From: a virus
Strand: one strand, 5' to 3'
IMG/VR virus record: IMGVR_UViG_3300042502_000959
Span: 3,035 to 67,034 of that record
DNA: 64,000 nt
In this document: in pieces, positions 21,035-31,455 of the stretch
How positions within the stretch are numbered: the stretch's first letter is position 1
Layout: each line of letters begins with the position of its first letter
The notes under the pieces: model-generated
Told to the model about the DNA's origin: nothing
Seen by the model: the letters and a program-made list of their open reading frames with translations, nothing else
Databases searched by the model: none
Position numbers and translations under genes: made by a program

Positions 21035-21897
21035 ACGTTCAGTCTGAGGTTGATTCCGACTTTATAATCTTCTGCCCATTTCACAACAACTATCGTAGCC
21101 CAGCTGGAGAAGTAGACAAAAAGAGTGGTATCTTTTATTGCTTCTCTTGTCACAAAACATCAGATCTTGTGGAGTTTGTAATGTTTACATCTGCAAGAAC
21201 ATACTTTGAGTCAGTTCGTTTTATAAAAAGCAAAGAGCAGCAAACAGATCTTGAGCAAGAGATGACAAGGCAGCTACATACCAGGCAAGAGTATGTTCCC
21301 TACGATGAGCTGCAAGTTAAAAAACTTCACCTTCAAGCTATGGACTCTCCAAGAGCTAGCACCTACTTTAATGGTAGAAAAATTAATAAAGAATCTATGG
21401 CAAAGTTTGGCCTAGGCTTTTCAGAAAATTTTGATATGGTCACTGTTCCAGTTCACTCCCCAGACGGAATGCTCTTGGGTTTTGTTGGCAGATCAATTGA
21501 GGGTAAAGAGTTTAAGAATACTCCAGGACTTCCCAAGAGCAAAACCCTGTTTAACATAAATCGTGTAAAAACTGCAGAGCAGGTTTATGTGGTAGAATCT
21601 TCTTTCGATGCAATTAGGCTAGATCAGGTTGGCCTTTCTGCAGTCGCAACGCTAGGGGCAAACGTCTCTGGTATGCAAATAGAACTTCTTCAGAAATATT
21701 TCAATAACATTATTGTTATTGCAGATAATGATGAGGCAGGCGGTAATATGAAAAACAGGCTGCTAGAAAAGCTTGGCTCTCGTGTTTCCGTAATACAACT
21801 AGATAATAAGTATAAAGACATTGGTGATATGTCGGACGAAGACATAAAGTTATTAGACTTTAAGTTTGACAACGCTATTGCCAATATGCTAAAATAA
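20953..21897 (+). CDS. dnaG: DNA primase
   Basis: Zn finger CPFH...CFSC; TOPRIM VVESSFD and ADND. Confidence 0.92.
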   Translation: MDNRTRRNKSNLYTKEQVERVLEGSGIDVQSEVDSDFIIFCPFHNNYRSPAGEVDKKSGIFYCFSCHKTSDLVEFVMFTSARTYFESVRFIKSKEQQTDLEQEMTRQLHTRQEYVPYDELQVKKLHLQAMDSPRASTYFNGRKINKESMAKFGLGFSENFDMVTVPVHSPDGMLLGFVGRSIEGKEFKNTPGLPKSKTLFNINRVKTAEQVYVVESSFDAIRLDQVGLSAVATLGANVSGMQIELLQKYFNNIIVIADNDEAGGNMKNRLLEKLGSRVSVIQLDNKYKDIGDMSDEDIKLLDFKFDNAIANMLK

Positions 21898-21926
21898 TAA
21901 ATAACAAATAAAATAGGAGAAATAAT

Positions 21927-22583
21927 ATGAGCGTAACAAAGGGATTAAAAGATATCAACGCCCTGCTTGACAGACCAAAATACGAAGGAACTGGAAGCAA
22001 AGTTCGCTGGCTAAAGCTAGCTGACGGACAAGCTGTAAAGATCCGCTTTATTGAAGAGCTAGACGAAGACTCGTCAAACTATGACGCAAAAAGAGGTCTG
22101 GCAATTGTAGTAAAAGAACACACAAATCCAAAGGACTACAAGCGTAAGGCTGTAGACACAATGGAAACAGAAGGCCGTGACTGGGCAGAAGAGATGCACC
22201 GTAAAGATCCAAAGGCTGGCTGGAAAGCACGTCTTCGTTTTTACTGCAACGTTCTTGTCGATGACGGAATTGAAGACCCATATGTCGCAATCTGGTCTAT
22301 GGGTATTAGCAAGCAGTCTGCTTTCAACACAATTCGTGAGTATGCTCTAGAAACTGGAAGCATTTCGAACCTAAGCTGGAAGCTAAAGCGCAGTGGTCAA
22401 GGAACAGAAACAACCTACACGTTGTTCCCGTCTGGACCAGACACAGAGCCGTATAGTTGGGGTGGCGTTGAGGCATTCCCACTAGAGCTAGCTCTTAGAA
22501 ATATTCCATATTCGGAGCAGGAAGCTTTCTATCTAGGCTTTGACACTCCATCATTAACATCAGCTACCAATATTGACTGGTAG
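21927..22583 (+). CDS. Single-stranded DNA-binding protein (gp32-like)
   Basis: WLKLADGQAVKIRF, KLKRSGQGTETTY; between primase and polymerase. Confidence 0.7.
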   Translation: MSVTKGLKDINALLDRPKYEGTGSKVRWLKLADGQAVKIRFIEELDEDSSNYDAKRGLAIVVKEHTNPKDYKRKAVDTMETEGRDWAEEMHRKDPKAGWKARLRFYCNVLVDDGIEDPYVAIWSMGISKQSAFNTIREYALETGSISNLSWKLKRSGQGTETTYTLFPSGPDTEPYSWGGVEAFPLELALRNIPYSEQEAFYLGFDTPSLTSATNIDW

Positions 22584-22596
22584 TAGGTAATAATAC

Positions 22597-25500
22597 ATGG
22601 GGTATGTTGGCTTACACGTTCACACGCACTACTCGCTTTTTGATGGAATTGCAACTCCTCAAGAGTACGTAGATCGTGCTTCAGAACTAGGGATGCCTGC
22701 CATTGCAATCACTGACCACGGTTCTTTGTCTGGACACAGAGAAATGTATCGTGCTGCAAAAGAAAAAGGTATCAAGCCAATACTTGGCGTAGAAGGATAT
22801 ATAACGGAGGATCGTTTTGACCGTCGTGATAAAGACGAAAGAACAGGGCCATTAGACCTTGTTTATAACCACCTTGTCCTTCTTGCCAAGAACCCCAAAG
22901 GTTTAGAAAACCTAAATAGACTAAATGAAATTGCTTGGACTGAGGGATTTTTTAAGAAGCCAAGAATTGATTGGAAAGTCTTAGAGCAATATAAAGAAGG
23001 CATAATTGTTACCTCTGGGTGCCTTAGCGGTGTCTTGGCTAAAGCAATTGAGGCTGGAGATTTAGCCTTTGCAAAAACACATATTAAGTGGTGTAAGGAT
23101 ACTTTTGGTGATGACTATTACCTAGAGGTAATGCCACACAACCCACCAGAGATGAATAAGACAATTCTTGAGCTTGCCGATGAGTTTAAGATTAAGCCTG
23201 TAGTAACTCCAGACTGCCACCACTCAGATCCAGGGCAGAAAGAAATTCAAGAACTAAAGCTTATTCTTAATACTTATTCTAATAAGGTTGAAAAAGATGC
23301 AACCTATGAAAAGTCTAAAAAGTTTAACAATTTGATGGACCGCCTAGATTACCTTTATGGTGCAGACAGGCAGATGAGCTTTAACAACTTTGAGATTCAT
23401 TTACTTTCTTATGAGGAAATGAGAAGTGCCATGGAGGCTCAGGGTATTGACAGAGACGACATGTATGAAAACACTCTTGAAATAACAAACAAGATTGAAG
23501 AGTATGACATTAAAGACCACATGAACCTATTGCCAGTTCAGTACAAAGACCCAGATAAAGAATTAAAGACTTTGGCTATTGAAGGACTAAAAGCCAGAGG
23601 GCTAGATGGCAATGCCGAATATCTAGATAGGCTTGAAGAAGAGCTTAAGGTAATTAAAGATAAAAACTTTGGACCATACTTTCTTGTTGTGCGCTCTATG
23701 ATTGCATGGGCAAAGAAGGAAGACATCATGGTTGGTCCAGGACGAGGATCGTCTGCGGGATCTTTGCTTTGTTACTCTCTGGGCATTACAGACATTGACC
23801 CAATTAAGCATGGCCTTCTGTTCTTCCGATTTATTAATCCAGAACGTAATGACTTCCCAGATATTGATACAGACATCCAGGATAACCGTCGTGAAGAAGT
23901 TAAAGATTATCTTGTTCGTCAATATCGTCACGTTGCATCTATTGCAACATTCTTATCTTTTAAGGATAAGGGTGTAGTAAGAGACATTGCACGTGTACTA
24001 AATATTCCTTTGCCAGACGTAAACAAGGTTATGAAACTTGTAGACACTTGGGATGAATACTGTAGCTCAAAGTCTACTGCGGAGTTCCGTGAGAAGTATC
24101 CAGAGATTGAAAAGTATGGAGAGCAACTACGTGGACGAATTCGTGGTACTGGTATTCATGCTGCTGGAGTTGTAACCTCTAAAGAACCAATCTTTAGGTA
24201 TGCGCCAATGGAAACCAGATCATCTCCTGGCTCTGACGAAAGAATTCCAGTAGTTGCAGTTGACATGGCTGAGGCCGAAAGAATTGGATTAATTAAGATT
24301 GATGCTTTGGGTCTAAAAACTTTGAGTGTGCTACAGGACACCCTAAAGATTATTGAACATAGAAATGGAAAAAAGATTGATCTCCTATCTATCCCAATGG
24401 AAGATTTAAAAGTTTACGAAATGCTCTCTTCTGGATACACCAAAGGAGTTTTCCAATGTGAAGCTACGCCATACACAAACTTGCTGGTAAAAATGGGTGT
24501 CAAAAACTTTAATGAGCTAGCAGCTTCCAATGCGTTGGTTCGTCCAGGCGCTATGAATACAATTGGTAAAGACTATATTGCTCGTAAGCATGGAAAACAA
24601 AATATTTCTTATCACCACCAAGTTATGAAAAAGTTTACAGAAGATACTTACGGATGTATCCTTTATCAGGAACAAGTTATGCAAGCTTGTACAGAGCTCG
24701 GTGGAATGACCATGGCAGAAGCAGACCAAGTTCGTAAGATCATTGGTAAGAAGAAAGACGCCAAAGAGTTTGATAAGTTTAAGGATAAGTTCATAGACGG
24801 ATCATCTAAGTTTATGGCACCCAACTTGGCAAGAGATCTTTGGCACGACTTTGAAGCCCACGCAGGGTACTCGTTCAACAAGTCTCACGCTGTAGCCTAC
24901 TCAACCCTGTCTTATTGGACAGCATGGTTAAAGTTCTATCACCCACTAGAATTTATGTATTCCTTGCTTAAGAATGAAAAAGATAAAGATACCAGAACAG
25001 AATACTTGATTGAGGCAAAGCGTATGGGGATTGCCGTAAAGCTACCGCACGTAAACGACTCCGACGCTGACTTTAAAATTGAGGGCAAGGGAATTCGTTT
25101 TGGACTAACCGCTATCAAGTACATCTCCGATAACATTGCTTCTAAGTATATTGCTCAGAGACCATTCAAAAACTATAAGCATCTAGAAGAATTTACCCAT
25201 ACAAAAGGAAGTGGTGTCAACAGCAGGTCCTTGCAGGCCTTGCGTGTAATTGGTGCTGCAACCTTTGAAGATAACTCTAGAAACGAAGAAGAAATTAAAG
25301 AAAATCTTTATGAGTTTCTGAATCTTCCAGAGTTTAATATCACAGTGCCATCTCACTATTACGCTTTCATCAATCCTGTAGAAGAGTTTGAAGAAAAGGG
25401 TGCGTTTGTTTTGATGGGAATGGTAAAATCAATTAAGCGTGGAAAAGGCTGGTCACGAGTAGAAGTACTAGATAAAACTGGAAGCGTAGGAATATTTGAT

Positions 25501-25875
25501 GAAGAGCAAACAGTTATTGAGGCTGGCAGGAGTTACCTTCTTCTATGTGATAACAATAGGATTGTTACTGCCATTCCCGTGGATGAAATAAAACAATCTA
25601 GTAATGCCTTAGTAAAGTTTTTGGGGTATAAGCAATTGCCCTACAAAGATGAAGAAATGTTTGTAGTTTCTTTTAAGCCAAGGATAACTAAGGCTGGTAA
25701 AAAGATGGCTTCCCTTACCCTTGCAGATAGTTCTAGAAACCTACACTCAGTAACCGTTTTCCCAACAACCTTTCCAAAAGCATACATGAAGATCCAAGAG
25801 GGTTCATCATACGACTTTTCGTTTGGAAAAACAAAAGACGGAACAATAATTATGGAGGATGTAAATGATATATAA
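22597..25875 (+). CDS. dnaE: DNA polymerase III alpha subunit (C-family)
   Basis: PHP domain HVHTHYS/TDHG/DCH, GPGRGSSAGS, PDIDTD, KIDALGL, YSFNKSHA. Confidence 0.97.
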   Translation: MGYVGLHVHTHYSLFDGIATPQEYVDRASELGMPAIAITDHGSLSGHREMYRAAKEKGIKPILGVEGYITEDRFDRRDKDERTGPLDLVYNHLVLLAKNPKGLENLNRLNEIAWTEGFFKKPRIDWKVLEQYKEGIIVTSGCLSGVLAKAIEAGDLAFAKTHIKWCKDTFGDDYYLEVMPHNPPEMNKTILELADEFKIKPVVTPDCHHSDPGQKEIQELKLILNTYSNKVEKDATYEKSKKFNNLMDRLDYLYGADRQMSFNNFEIHLLSYEEMRSAMEAQGIDRDDMYENTLEITNKIEEYDIKDHMNLLPVQYKDPDKELKTLAIEGLKARGLDGNAEYLDRLEEELKVIKDKNFGPYFLVVRSMIAWAKKEDIMVGPGRGSSAGSLLCYSLGITDIDPIKHGLLFFRFINPERNDFPDIDTDIQDNRREEVKDYLVRQYRHVASIATFLSFKDKGVVRDIARVLNIPLPDVNKVMKLVDTWDEYCSSKSTAEFREKYPEIEKYGEQLRGRIRGTGIHAAGVVTSKEPIFRYAPMETRSSPGSDERIPVVAVDMAEAERIGLIKIDALGLKTLSVLQDTLKIIEHRNGKKIDLLSIPMEDLKVYEMLSSGYTKGVFQCEATPYTNLLVKMGVKNFNELAASNALVRPGAMNTIGKDYIARKHGKQNISYHHQVMKKFTEDTYGCILYQEQVMQACTELGGMTMAEADQVRKIIGKKKDAKEFDKFKDKFIDGSSKFMAPNLARDLWHDFEAHAGYSFNKSHAVAYSTLSYWTAWLKFYHPLEFMYSLLKNEKDKDTRTEYLIEAKRMGIAVKLPHVNDSDADFKIEGKGIRFGLTAIKYISDNIASKYIAQRPFKNYKHLEEFTHTKGSGVNSRSLQALRVIGAATFEDNSRNEEEIKENLYEFLNLPEFNITVPSHYYAFINPVEEFEEKGAFVLMGMVKSIKRGKGWSRVEVLDKTGSVGIFDEEQTVIEAGRSYLLLCDNNRIVTAIPVDEIKQSSNALVKFLGYKQLPYKDEEMFVVSFKPRITKAGKKMASLTLADSSRNLHSVTVFPTTFPKAYMKIQEGSSYDFSFGKTKDGTIIMEDVNDI

Positions 25876-26194
25876 CTCATTAGATAATTTGGCAAAAGAT
25901 ATTCACACTACGGCAGTAGAAAAAGGATTTTGGCCAGACAAGGTGGATGATATTTTTATTGCCAAACAGATGATGATGATTGTATCAGAAGTGGTAGAGG
26001 CGATGGAGGCTATTCGCAAGAATAAGGGAAAGCAAGAAGTTGCTGATGAAATGGCAGACATTATAATCAGAACACTTGACTTATACCAAGGATTGGTGGA
26101 TAATGGATATGTCGACCAAGAGCTACAGGTAGCTCTAAACAATAAGACTAGTTTTAACAAGTCACGACCAGAAAGACATGGAGTAAAGTTTTAA
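25865..26194 (+). CDS. MazG-like nucleotide pyrophosphohydrolase
   Basis: SEVVEAMEA..DEMADIIIR motif. Confidence 0.8.
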   Translation: MIYNSLDNLAKDIHTTAVEKGFWPDKVDDIFIAKQMMMIVSEVVEAMEAIRKNKGKQEVADEMADIIIRTLDLYQGLVDNGYVDQELQVALNNKTSFNKSRPERHGVKF

Positions 26195-27201
26195 TGACAA
26201 CTATAGAAGAAGCGTTTGCACTGTTAGATCCAAAGATTAGAAAAAGAATTGCCTCTGGGGTAGGAGTTAAAACAGAACTACAGCCTACGCCAAGCGTTGG
26301 CCTTAATAGAGCACTGGGCGGTGGCTTTCCATATGGAAGACAGGTTCTTCTTTGGGGAAGCAAGTCTAGTGCAAAGTCTTCGCTCTGCTTGCAAACGATT
26401 GCTATGGCACAGAAAGAGGGAAAGCTTTGTGCTTGGGTAGATGCAGAAATGTCCTATGATGAAGATTGGGCAAAAAAGCTTGGGGTAGACACATCTAAAC
26501 TTATATACTCTGAGGCCAGAAGTGTAAACGACATGGTAGATGTTGGTGTTGCACTTCTTCATGCAGGGGTAGATATTATTGTAATCGATAGTATTAGCTC
26601 TCTTCTCCCAGCCGTATACTTTGAAAAAGATTCTGATGAGCTAAAGGCTTTGGACCAGACCAAGCAAATTGGGGCAGAGTCTAAAGACTTAAAACACGCT
26701 TGGTTAATGCTAAACTATGCAAATAATCGTGAAAAGCCCGCTCTAATTATTGCAATTTCTCAAGCAAGAAATAACATTACCGCAATGTATACCCAGTCAG
26801 TGCCAACTGGTGGTCTAACCACTCAGTTTATGTCTTCAACTATCGTTAAGTTGTTTTCTTCAAGCTCTGACTCTAAAGCTATAAAGGGCAAGATCAAGGT
26901 TGGAGACAAGCTAATTGAACAAAAGCTTGGCAGAAGGGTTCTATGGGAAGTCCAGAACTCAAAAACCTCTGCCCCAGGAGATACTGGAGAATATGACTTC
27001 TACTTCAGAGGCGACACAATCGGCATAGACGGGATTGGGGACCTAGTGGACACTGCAGAGATGTTAGGGGTTGTAGAGCGCTCAGGGGCCTGGTACATCC
27101 TCCCAGACGGGTCTAAGGTCCAGGGTAGAGATGGTTTCGTAAATAAGGTCAAAGAAGACAAAGACCTTGAAGCCTCTATTAGAAGCAAGCTAGATGTCTA
27201 A
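26194..27201 (+). CDS. recA: RecA-like recombinase
   Basis: ALGGGFPYGR, WVDAE, VIDSI, TGG, ERSGAWY; variant Walker A GSKSSAKS. Confidence 0.9.
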   Translation: MTTIEEAFALLDPKIRKRIASGVGVKTELQPTPSVGLNRALGGGFPYGRQVLLWGSKSSAKSSLCLQTIAMAQKEGKLCAWVDAEMSYDEDWAKKLGVDTSKLIYSEARSVNDMVDVGVALLHAGVDIIVIDSISSLLPAVYFEKDSDELKALDQTKQIGAESKDLKHAWLMLNYANNREKPALIIAISQARNNITAMYTQSVPTGGLTTQFMSSTIVKLFSSSSDSKAIKGKIKVGDKLIEQKLGRRVLWEVQNSKTSAPGDTGEYDFYFRGDTIGIDGIGDLVDTAEMLGVVERSGAWYILPDGSKVQGRDGFVNKVKEDKDLEASIRSKLDV

Positions 27202-27370
27202 ATATATAGTTATTAGCGGTAAATTCCCTTGTCATACTTGCAAGAAAGAGGTAACGTCTTTGCGTTGCTATGGAGAAGATCAGCTACTTAGCTGGATGTG
27301 TGAAGACAAACACCTAACAAACGTAAGCTTAAAGTCAAAACGAAAGAAGGATTATGAGCGAGAAAAGTGA
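27194..27370 (+). CDS. Small Zn-finger protein (58 aa; not in ORF track)
   Basis: MSKYIVISGKFPCHTCKK...WMCEDKH; overlaps both neighbours. Confidence 0.65.
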   Translation: MSKYIVISGKFPCHTCKKEVTSLRCYGEDQLLSWMCEDKHLTNVSLKSKRKKDYEREK

Positions 27371-27635
27371 AAGCAAAAGGCTTGGAGCTAAGCAGCACAA
27401 GAATTCTGGCAGGGGGCTTCACAAGGGCGACGCTTCTTGGGAAAACTTTACCGTTGACTTTAAGGAAGTTGGCAAGTCGTTTACCCTAAACAAAGATGTC
27501 TGGGCAAAGGCAACTACGGATGCGATTAAGAATAACAACGATCCAGCAATCGTAGTCGTACTAGGAGAGTCTGGAATGAAAACAAGATTAGCAATTATAG
27601 AATTATCAATACTAGAAGAACTGACAGGAAAATAA
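27354..27635 (+). CDS. Holliday-junction-resolvase-like PD-(D/E)xK nuclease
   Basis: SE...KNSG...KGDA...VDFK pattern. Confidence 0.65.
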   Translation: MSEKSESKRLGAKQHKNSGRGLHKGDASWENFTVDFKEVGKSFTLNKDVWAKATTDAIKNNNDPAIVVVLGESGMKTRLAIIELSILEELTGK

Positions 27636-27638
27636 AAA

Positions 27639-28253
27639 ATGAAAATACTACTACTAGATATAGAAACAACACCAATGCAGGTCTATGCGTGGGGCCTTTG
27701 GGACCAGAACATCAGCATTGATCAAATCATCAAGAGCACAGAGATGCTATGCTTTGGTGCAAGGTGGCTAGATGGAAAGAAGGTAATCTTTAAATCCGTT
27801 CACCACGATGGCAAGAAAGAAATGCTAAAAGAGTTGCACAAGCTAATGGACGAGGCAGACTTGTTAGTTGGCTGGAACTCTGCAGCTTTTGACCACAAGC
27901 ATATTAATCGAGAGTTCTTAGAGAATAAGATGGCACCGCCATCACCTACAAAAGACCTAGATCTTATGAGCATCACAAAGGCTAACTTCTTGTTCCCATC
28001 GAACAAGCTAGACTATGTGGCACAAAAGCTAGACGTTGGTGCCAAGGTAAAGCACTCTGGATTTAAGCTATGGATTCGCTGTATGGAAGGCGATAAAAAA
28101 GCTTGGAAAGAGATGAAAGAATACCAGATTCAGGATGTGAATCTTCTGGTAGATCTATACCAAGAGCTGCTTCCTTGGTTTGTTGGCAAGGCAAGTGCAA
28201 CAACAAAAGAAAAGATAGCTATCTCTGGGTATGACAGGGAATCTGAGGTATAA
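27639..28253 (+). CDS. DnaQ/RNase H-like 3'-5' exonuclease
   Basis: ExoI LDIET, ExoII WNSAAFD, ExoIII YQIQDV. Confidence 0.85.
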   Translation: MKILLLDIETTPMQVYAWGLWDQNISIDQIIKSTEMLCFGARWLDGKKVIFKSVHHDGKKEMLKELHKLMDEADLLVGWNSAAFDHKHINREFLENKMAPPSPTKDLDLMSITKANFLFPSNKLDYVAQKLDVGAKVKHSGFKLWIRCMEGDKKAWKEMKEYQIQDVNLLVDLYQELLPWFVGKASATTKEKIAISGYDRESEV

Positions 28254-28260
28254 TATTATT

Positions 28261-28566
28261 ATGGAACAACAGCAAACAACTATCGATTCAATTAACGGAC
28301 TATCTGAAATTGCAGAGTATATGCAGGATGAGGAGCTAAACACAGCTCTTACCTTTATTGCCAAGGTAATTATTAAGCCAGATATCCCTATTAACGTAGT
28401 GACAATAGAGATTGTAAGATTACAGGCTATTGCCGCTAAGATGGCATTCAAGGCTACTTGGATGGCTAACGTAGATAAGTCAGATCGTGGCAAGAAAAAT
28501 CTATACTATACTGCTGCAGAAGCAATCAACAACCTTGTCTCTGCCTTGAAATATATCGCTAGATAG
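28261..28566 (+). CDS. Hypothetical protein
   Basis: ATG 6 nt after TATAAT 28249-28254; helical. Confidence 0.65.
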   Translation: MEQQQTTIDSINGLSEIAEYMQDEELNTALTFIAKVIIKPDIPINVVTIEIVRLQAIAAKMAFKATWMANVDKSDRGKKNLYYTAAEAINNLVSALKYIAR

Positions 28567-28600
28567 TGTATACTAGAGGTATATAGAAAGACTTTAAACA

Positions 28601-29407
28601 ATGACAAAAAGCTTGCTGCAACAAATAATGATAAAGACAGAACAAAAGATTGCCTCTAGGCCTTCTTTTCTAGACCAGGCAGCACTTATTGAAAAGATTA
28701 AGTCTGGCTATATTGTCAATCGTGTAGATAAGTTTACCACAAAGACTAGCTTTGCCCCATCAACTATCGCATACTCTCACGGGGAATGTCCTAGATACTG
28801 GTATCTTGCCTTTAGTGGTGCCATGTTTACAGACAATGCAGATGCATATGGCGGAGCAAACATGACTGCTGGAACAAAGTCACACGAAAGAATCCAGAAA
28901 GCTATGGGCGATGCTGGCATTCTTAAGGATTCAGAATTTAAGATAACATCATCAGATCCACCAATCTTTGGTTATGGAGACGTTGTGCTAGATTGGGATG
29001 GTCAAGATCTTCTTGGAGAGATTAAGACTATGCCCAACGAAGGCTTTGAATATAGGAAAATTGCAGGAAAACCTAAGTCTGGCCATCTAATACAGCTACT
29101 TATTTATATGAAAATTTTAAACAAAAGTAAAGCTGTAATGATTTATGAAAATAAAAACAATCATGAACTTTTGATTTTTCCTGTAGAACTAAATGAGTAT
29201 TCTTTTAAGTGGGTAGAGAACGCTTTTGAATGGATGAGAACAGTTAGAAAGGCTTGGGAAGATAAAGCCCTGCCAGAGAAAAACTATAGGTCCAATTCAA
29301 AAATTTGCAAGACTTGTCCGATTCGGGCAACTTGTGATGTAGCGGGTACTGGGGAGATAAAGATTAAATCCTTGGAGCCGCTAGATGAAGCATTGTCAAT
29401 GGTGTGA
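28601..29407 (+). CDS. Cas4/RecB-family exonuclease
   Basis: CPRYWY, GTKSHE, GYGD..EIKT, QLLIYM, C-terminal CKTCPIRATC Fe-S ligands. Confidence 0.85.
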   Translation: MTKSLLQQIMIKTEQKIASRPSFLDQAALIEKIKSGYIVNRVDKFTTKTSFAPSTIAYSHGECPRYWYLAFSGAMFTDNADAYGGANMTAGTKSHERIQKAMGDAGILKDSEFKITSSDPPIFGYGDVVLDWDGQDLLGEIKTMPNEGFEYRKIAGKPKSGHLIQLLIYMKILNKSKAVMIYENKNNHELLIFPVELNEYSFKWVENAFEWMRTVRKAWEDKALPEKNYRSNSKICKTCPIRATCDVAGTGEIKIKSLEPLDEALSMV

Positions 29408-29669
29408 CCTAGGTTTTGAAACCAAGGTTTCTTATCAAATATATTGTTCTGCAGAGTGTAGAGATTTAGCTACAAAACAAAAAATTGCAGAGAGGTATCA
29501 GCTTTCTAGAATTAGTCGCAGAACTGGCAAGCCCAGGAAGTGCAAGAAGTGTGAGCAAAATTTGTCAATCTACAATGACGATCCAATCTGTAGCAAGTGT
29601 TTAATTAATCCAATAGACATATCTATTGCTTTAAAGGACATAAAAAGGTTGTCTAATGGTAAATCTTAA
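29385..29669 (+). CDS. Cys-rich Zn-finger protein
   Basis: CQWC, CSAEC, CKKC, CSKC. Confidence 0.7.
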   Translation: MKHCQWCDLGFETKVSYQIYCSAECRDLATKQKIAERYQLSRISRRTGKPRKCKKCEQNLSIYNDDPICSKCLINPIDISIALKDIKRLSNGKS

Positions 29670-30231
29670 TCTATTAAAAGACCTACCCAAAAACATTTGT
29701 GCTATTGATGCCAGCACAAACAACCTAGCCTTTGCTATTTTTAACGACAAGTCCCTAGTCGCTTTTGGAAAGATTAGCTTTAAAGGATTAGATACCTACT
29801 CTAAGGTTGGAGATGCTGCAAGAAAGTCATTGGCCTTTTTTGAAAAGTTTGACATTGATGCAATTGTTATTGAGCACACCGTTTTTATGAACAGCCCCAA
29901 GACTGCTGCAGACCTTGCTCTTGTTCAGGGTGGCCTTTTGGGGGCAGCAAGAATTGTGGGCATCAAGAAGTTTGGCTCTGTGAGTCCAATTACTTGGCAA
30001 AACTTTATAGGAAATAAAAAACTAACTACCCCAGAAAAACTAGAGGTAGCTAAGAATAATCCAAACAAAGCTCCTTCCACACTCAAAACAATTGAGAGAG
30101 AGTTTCGCAAACAAAGAACTATTAAGTTTGTGAACACCTACTACGACAAAAAGATAGATGACAACGATGTTGCTGATGCAGTAGCAATTGGGCACTATGC
30201 TGTGAATAATCCAGGAAAGATTGGTTTGTAA
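29656..30231 (+). CDS. ruvC: RuvC-like Holliday junction resolvase
   Basis: AIDAS, IVIEH, DDNDVADAVAIG catalytic motifs. Confidence 0.8.
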   Translation: MVNLNLLKDLPKNICAIDASTNNLAFAIFNDKSLVAFGKISFKGLDTYSKVGDAARKSLAFFEKFDIDAIVIEHTVFMNSPKTAADLALVQGGLLGAARIVGIKKFGSVSPITWQNFIGNKKLTTPEKLEVAKNNPNKAPSTLKTIEREFRKQRTIKFVNTYYDKKIDDNDVADAVAIGHYAVNNPGKIGL

Positions 30232-30233
30232 AA

Positions 30234-30389
30234 ATGGCAGCGAAGCTGTATACTAGTGAAGCATGGCTTAAAAAAAGATATTGGCTGGACAAAAAAAGTC
30301 CAGAAGATATTGCAAAAGAATGTGGAACAAGCGTAGAAACTATATATGTTTACCTAGCAAAATTTGGACTAAGAAAGAGTAGAAGATGA
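30234..30389 (+). CDS. Small HTH protein (51 aa; not in ORF track)
   Basis: MAAKLYTSEAWLKKRY..KSPEDIAKECGTSVETIYVYL. Confidence 0.75.
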   Translation: MAAKLYTSEAWLKKRYWLDKKSPEDIAKECGTSVETIYVYLAKFGLRKSRR

Positions 30390-30658
30390 GCATACAAACA
30401 GAAAAAGATATTGAGAGAGTTTCAGATCAAGTAAAAGAATTATTAATTTCTAAGAATAGATCTTACGGAGACTCTGCACTACATCCTTCGAGAATATTCT
30501 CAAAGACCGACAACGTAGAGCAGCTGCTTGTCCGCATTGACGACAAGCTTTCTCGCATACAGAATGGGCACGACTGGCCAGGGGATAACGAGATTGATGA
30601 CTTGCTAGGATATCTGATCCTACTAAAGATTGCAAAAGAAAGATCTTCTAGTGAATAA
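30386..30658 (+). CDS. DUF1599 / nucleotide-modification-associated domain 1 protein
   Basis: KNRSYGDS...VRIDDKLSRI...DLLGYLIL. Confidence 0.75.
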   Translation: MSIQTEKDIERVSDQVKELLISKNRSYGDSALHPSRIFSKTDNVEQLLVRIDDKLSRIQNGHDWPGDNEIDDLLGYLILLKIAKERSSSE

Positions 30659-30932
30659 AAGAAGGCTTGCTCCAATTAAGGAAACCAAGTTTGAAAGAAT
30701 AAAAGAAATGCAGATTGGAACTAGGACCCTTATCTCTGGAGAGATTATTAAAATTGCTGGAGAGTACGGCTCAAGATTTAGGTTTGATAGTCTTGTGACT
30801 AATAAAGAAACTGGCTCTCAGTGGGTAGACTGCTTTGAACTTAGCAAGGGAGTGATTTCTGGATGGAGATCGTTTAAATCTGATAGAATTAGACTAATGC
30901 CAATAAAAAGGGGTAAAAAGAATGTCGACTGA
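30651..30932 (+). CDS. Hypothetical protein (SH3-like)
   Basis: GTG start overlapping previous stop; fills operon. Confidence 0.6.
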   Translation: MNKRRLAPIKETKFERIKEMQIGTRTLISGEIIKIAGEYGSRFRFDSLVTNKETGSQWVDCFELSKGVISGWRSFKSDRIRLMPIKRGKKNVD

Positions 30933-31455
30933 AGATAACCTAATTGAACACCTAGACAAGGTTAATAAGGTCGTAGAAGAATACCTAAAGGGTAGCGAAG
31001 CAACGCAAATATCCAAAGAGCTTGACATACCAAGACAAAAGGTTGTTAGCTATATAAACGAGTGGAAGCAGATGGCTTCTGATAACGCAGCTATTCGTGC
31101 AAGAGCCAAAGAGGCTTTGGTTGGCGCAGACACACACTACAACAAACTAATTAATAAAGCTTATGAAGTTATTGATGATGCAACTACAACTGCAAACCTA
31201 AGTGCAAAAACTGCTGCTATTAAACTAGTTCTTGACATTGAGGCAAGAAGAATTGACATGCTTCAAAAAGCTGGGTTACTTGAAAACAAAGAGTTGGCAG
31301 AAGAAATGCTTGAGATTGAAAGAAAGCAAGATGTTCTTGTGAACATTCTTAAAGACATTGCTTCGGAATACCCACAAATACGAGACGAGATTATGCGCAG
31401 GCTATCTGCTGTTTCAAAAAACAAAGAGGTAATTACAATTGTCAGCGATGTTTGA
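30922..31455 (+). CDS. HTH protein, probable terminase small subunit
   Basis: N-terminal HTH, coiled coil, directly upstream of large terminase. Confidence 0.55.
   Translation: MSTEDNLIEHLDKVNKVVEEYLKGSEATQISKELDIPRQKVVSYINEWKQMASDNAAIRARAKEALVGADTHYNKLINKAYEVIDDATTTANLSAKTAAIKLVLDIEARRIDMLQKAGLLENKELAEEMLEIERKQDVLVNILKDIASEYPQIRDEIMRRLSAVSKNKEVITIVSDV

Noticed and set aside
22597-27201. Window being bacterial chromosome because of dnaE, recA and dnaB
   Set aside because: These genes are embedded between tail and terminase genes with phage-like density and no ribosomal or core metabolic genes.
28601-29407. Cas4-like gene as sign of a CRISPR-Cas system
   Set aside because: No other cas genes and no repeat-spacer array seen; solo Cas4-family exonucleases are common in phage replication modules.
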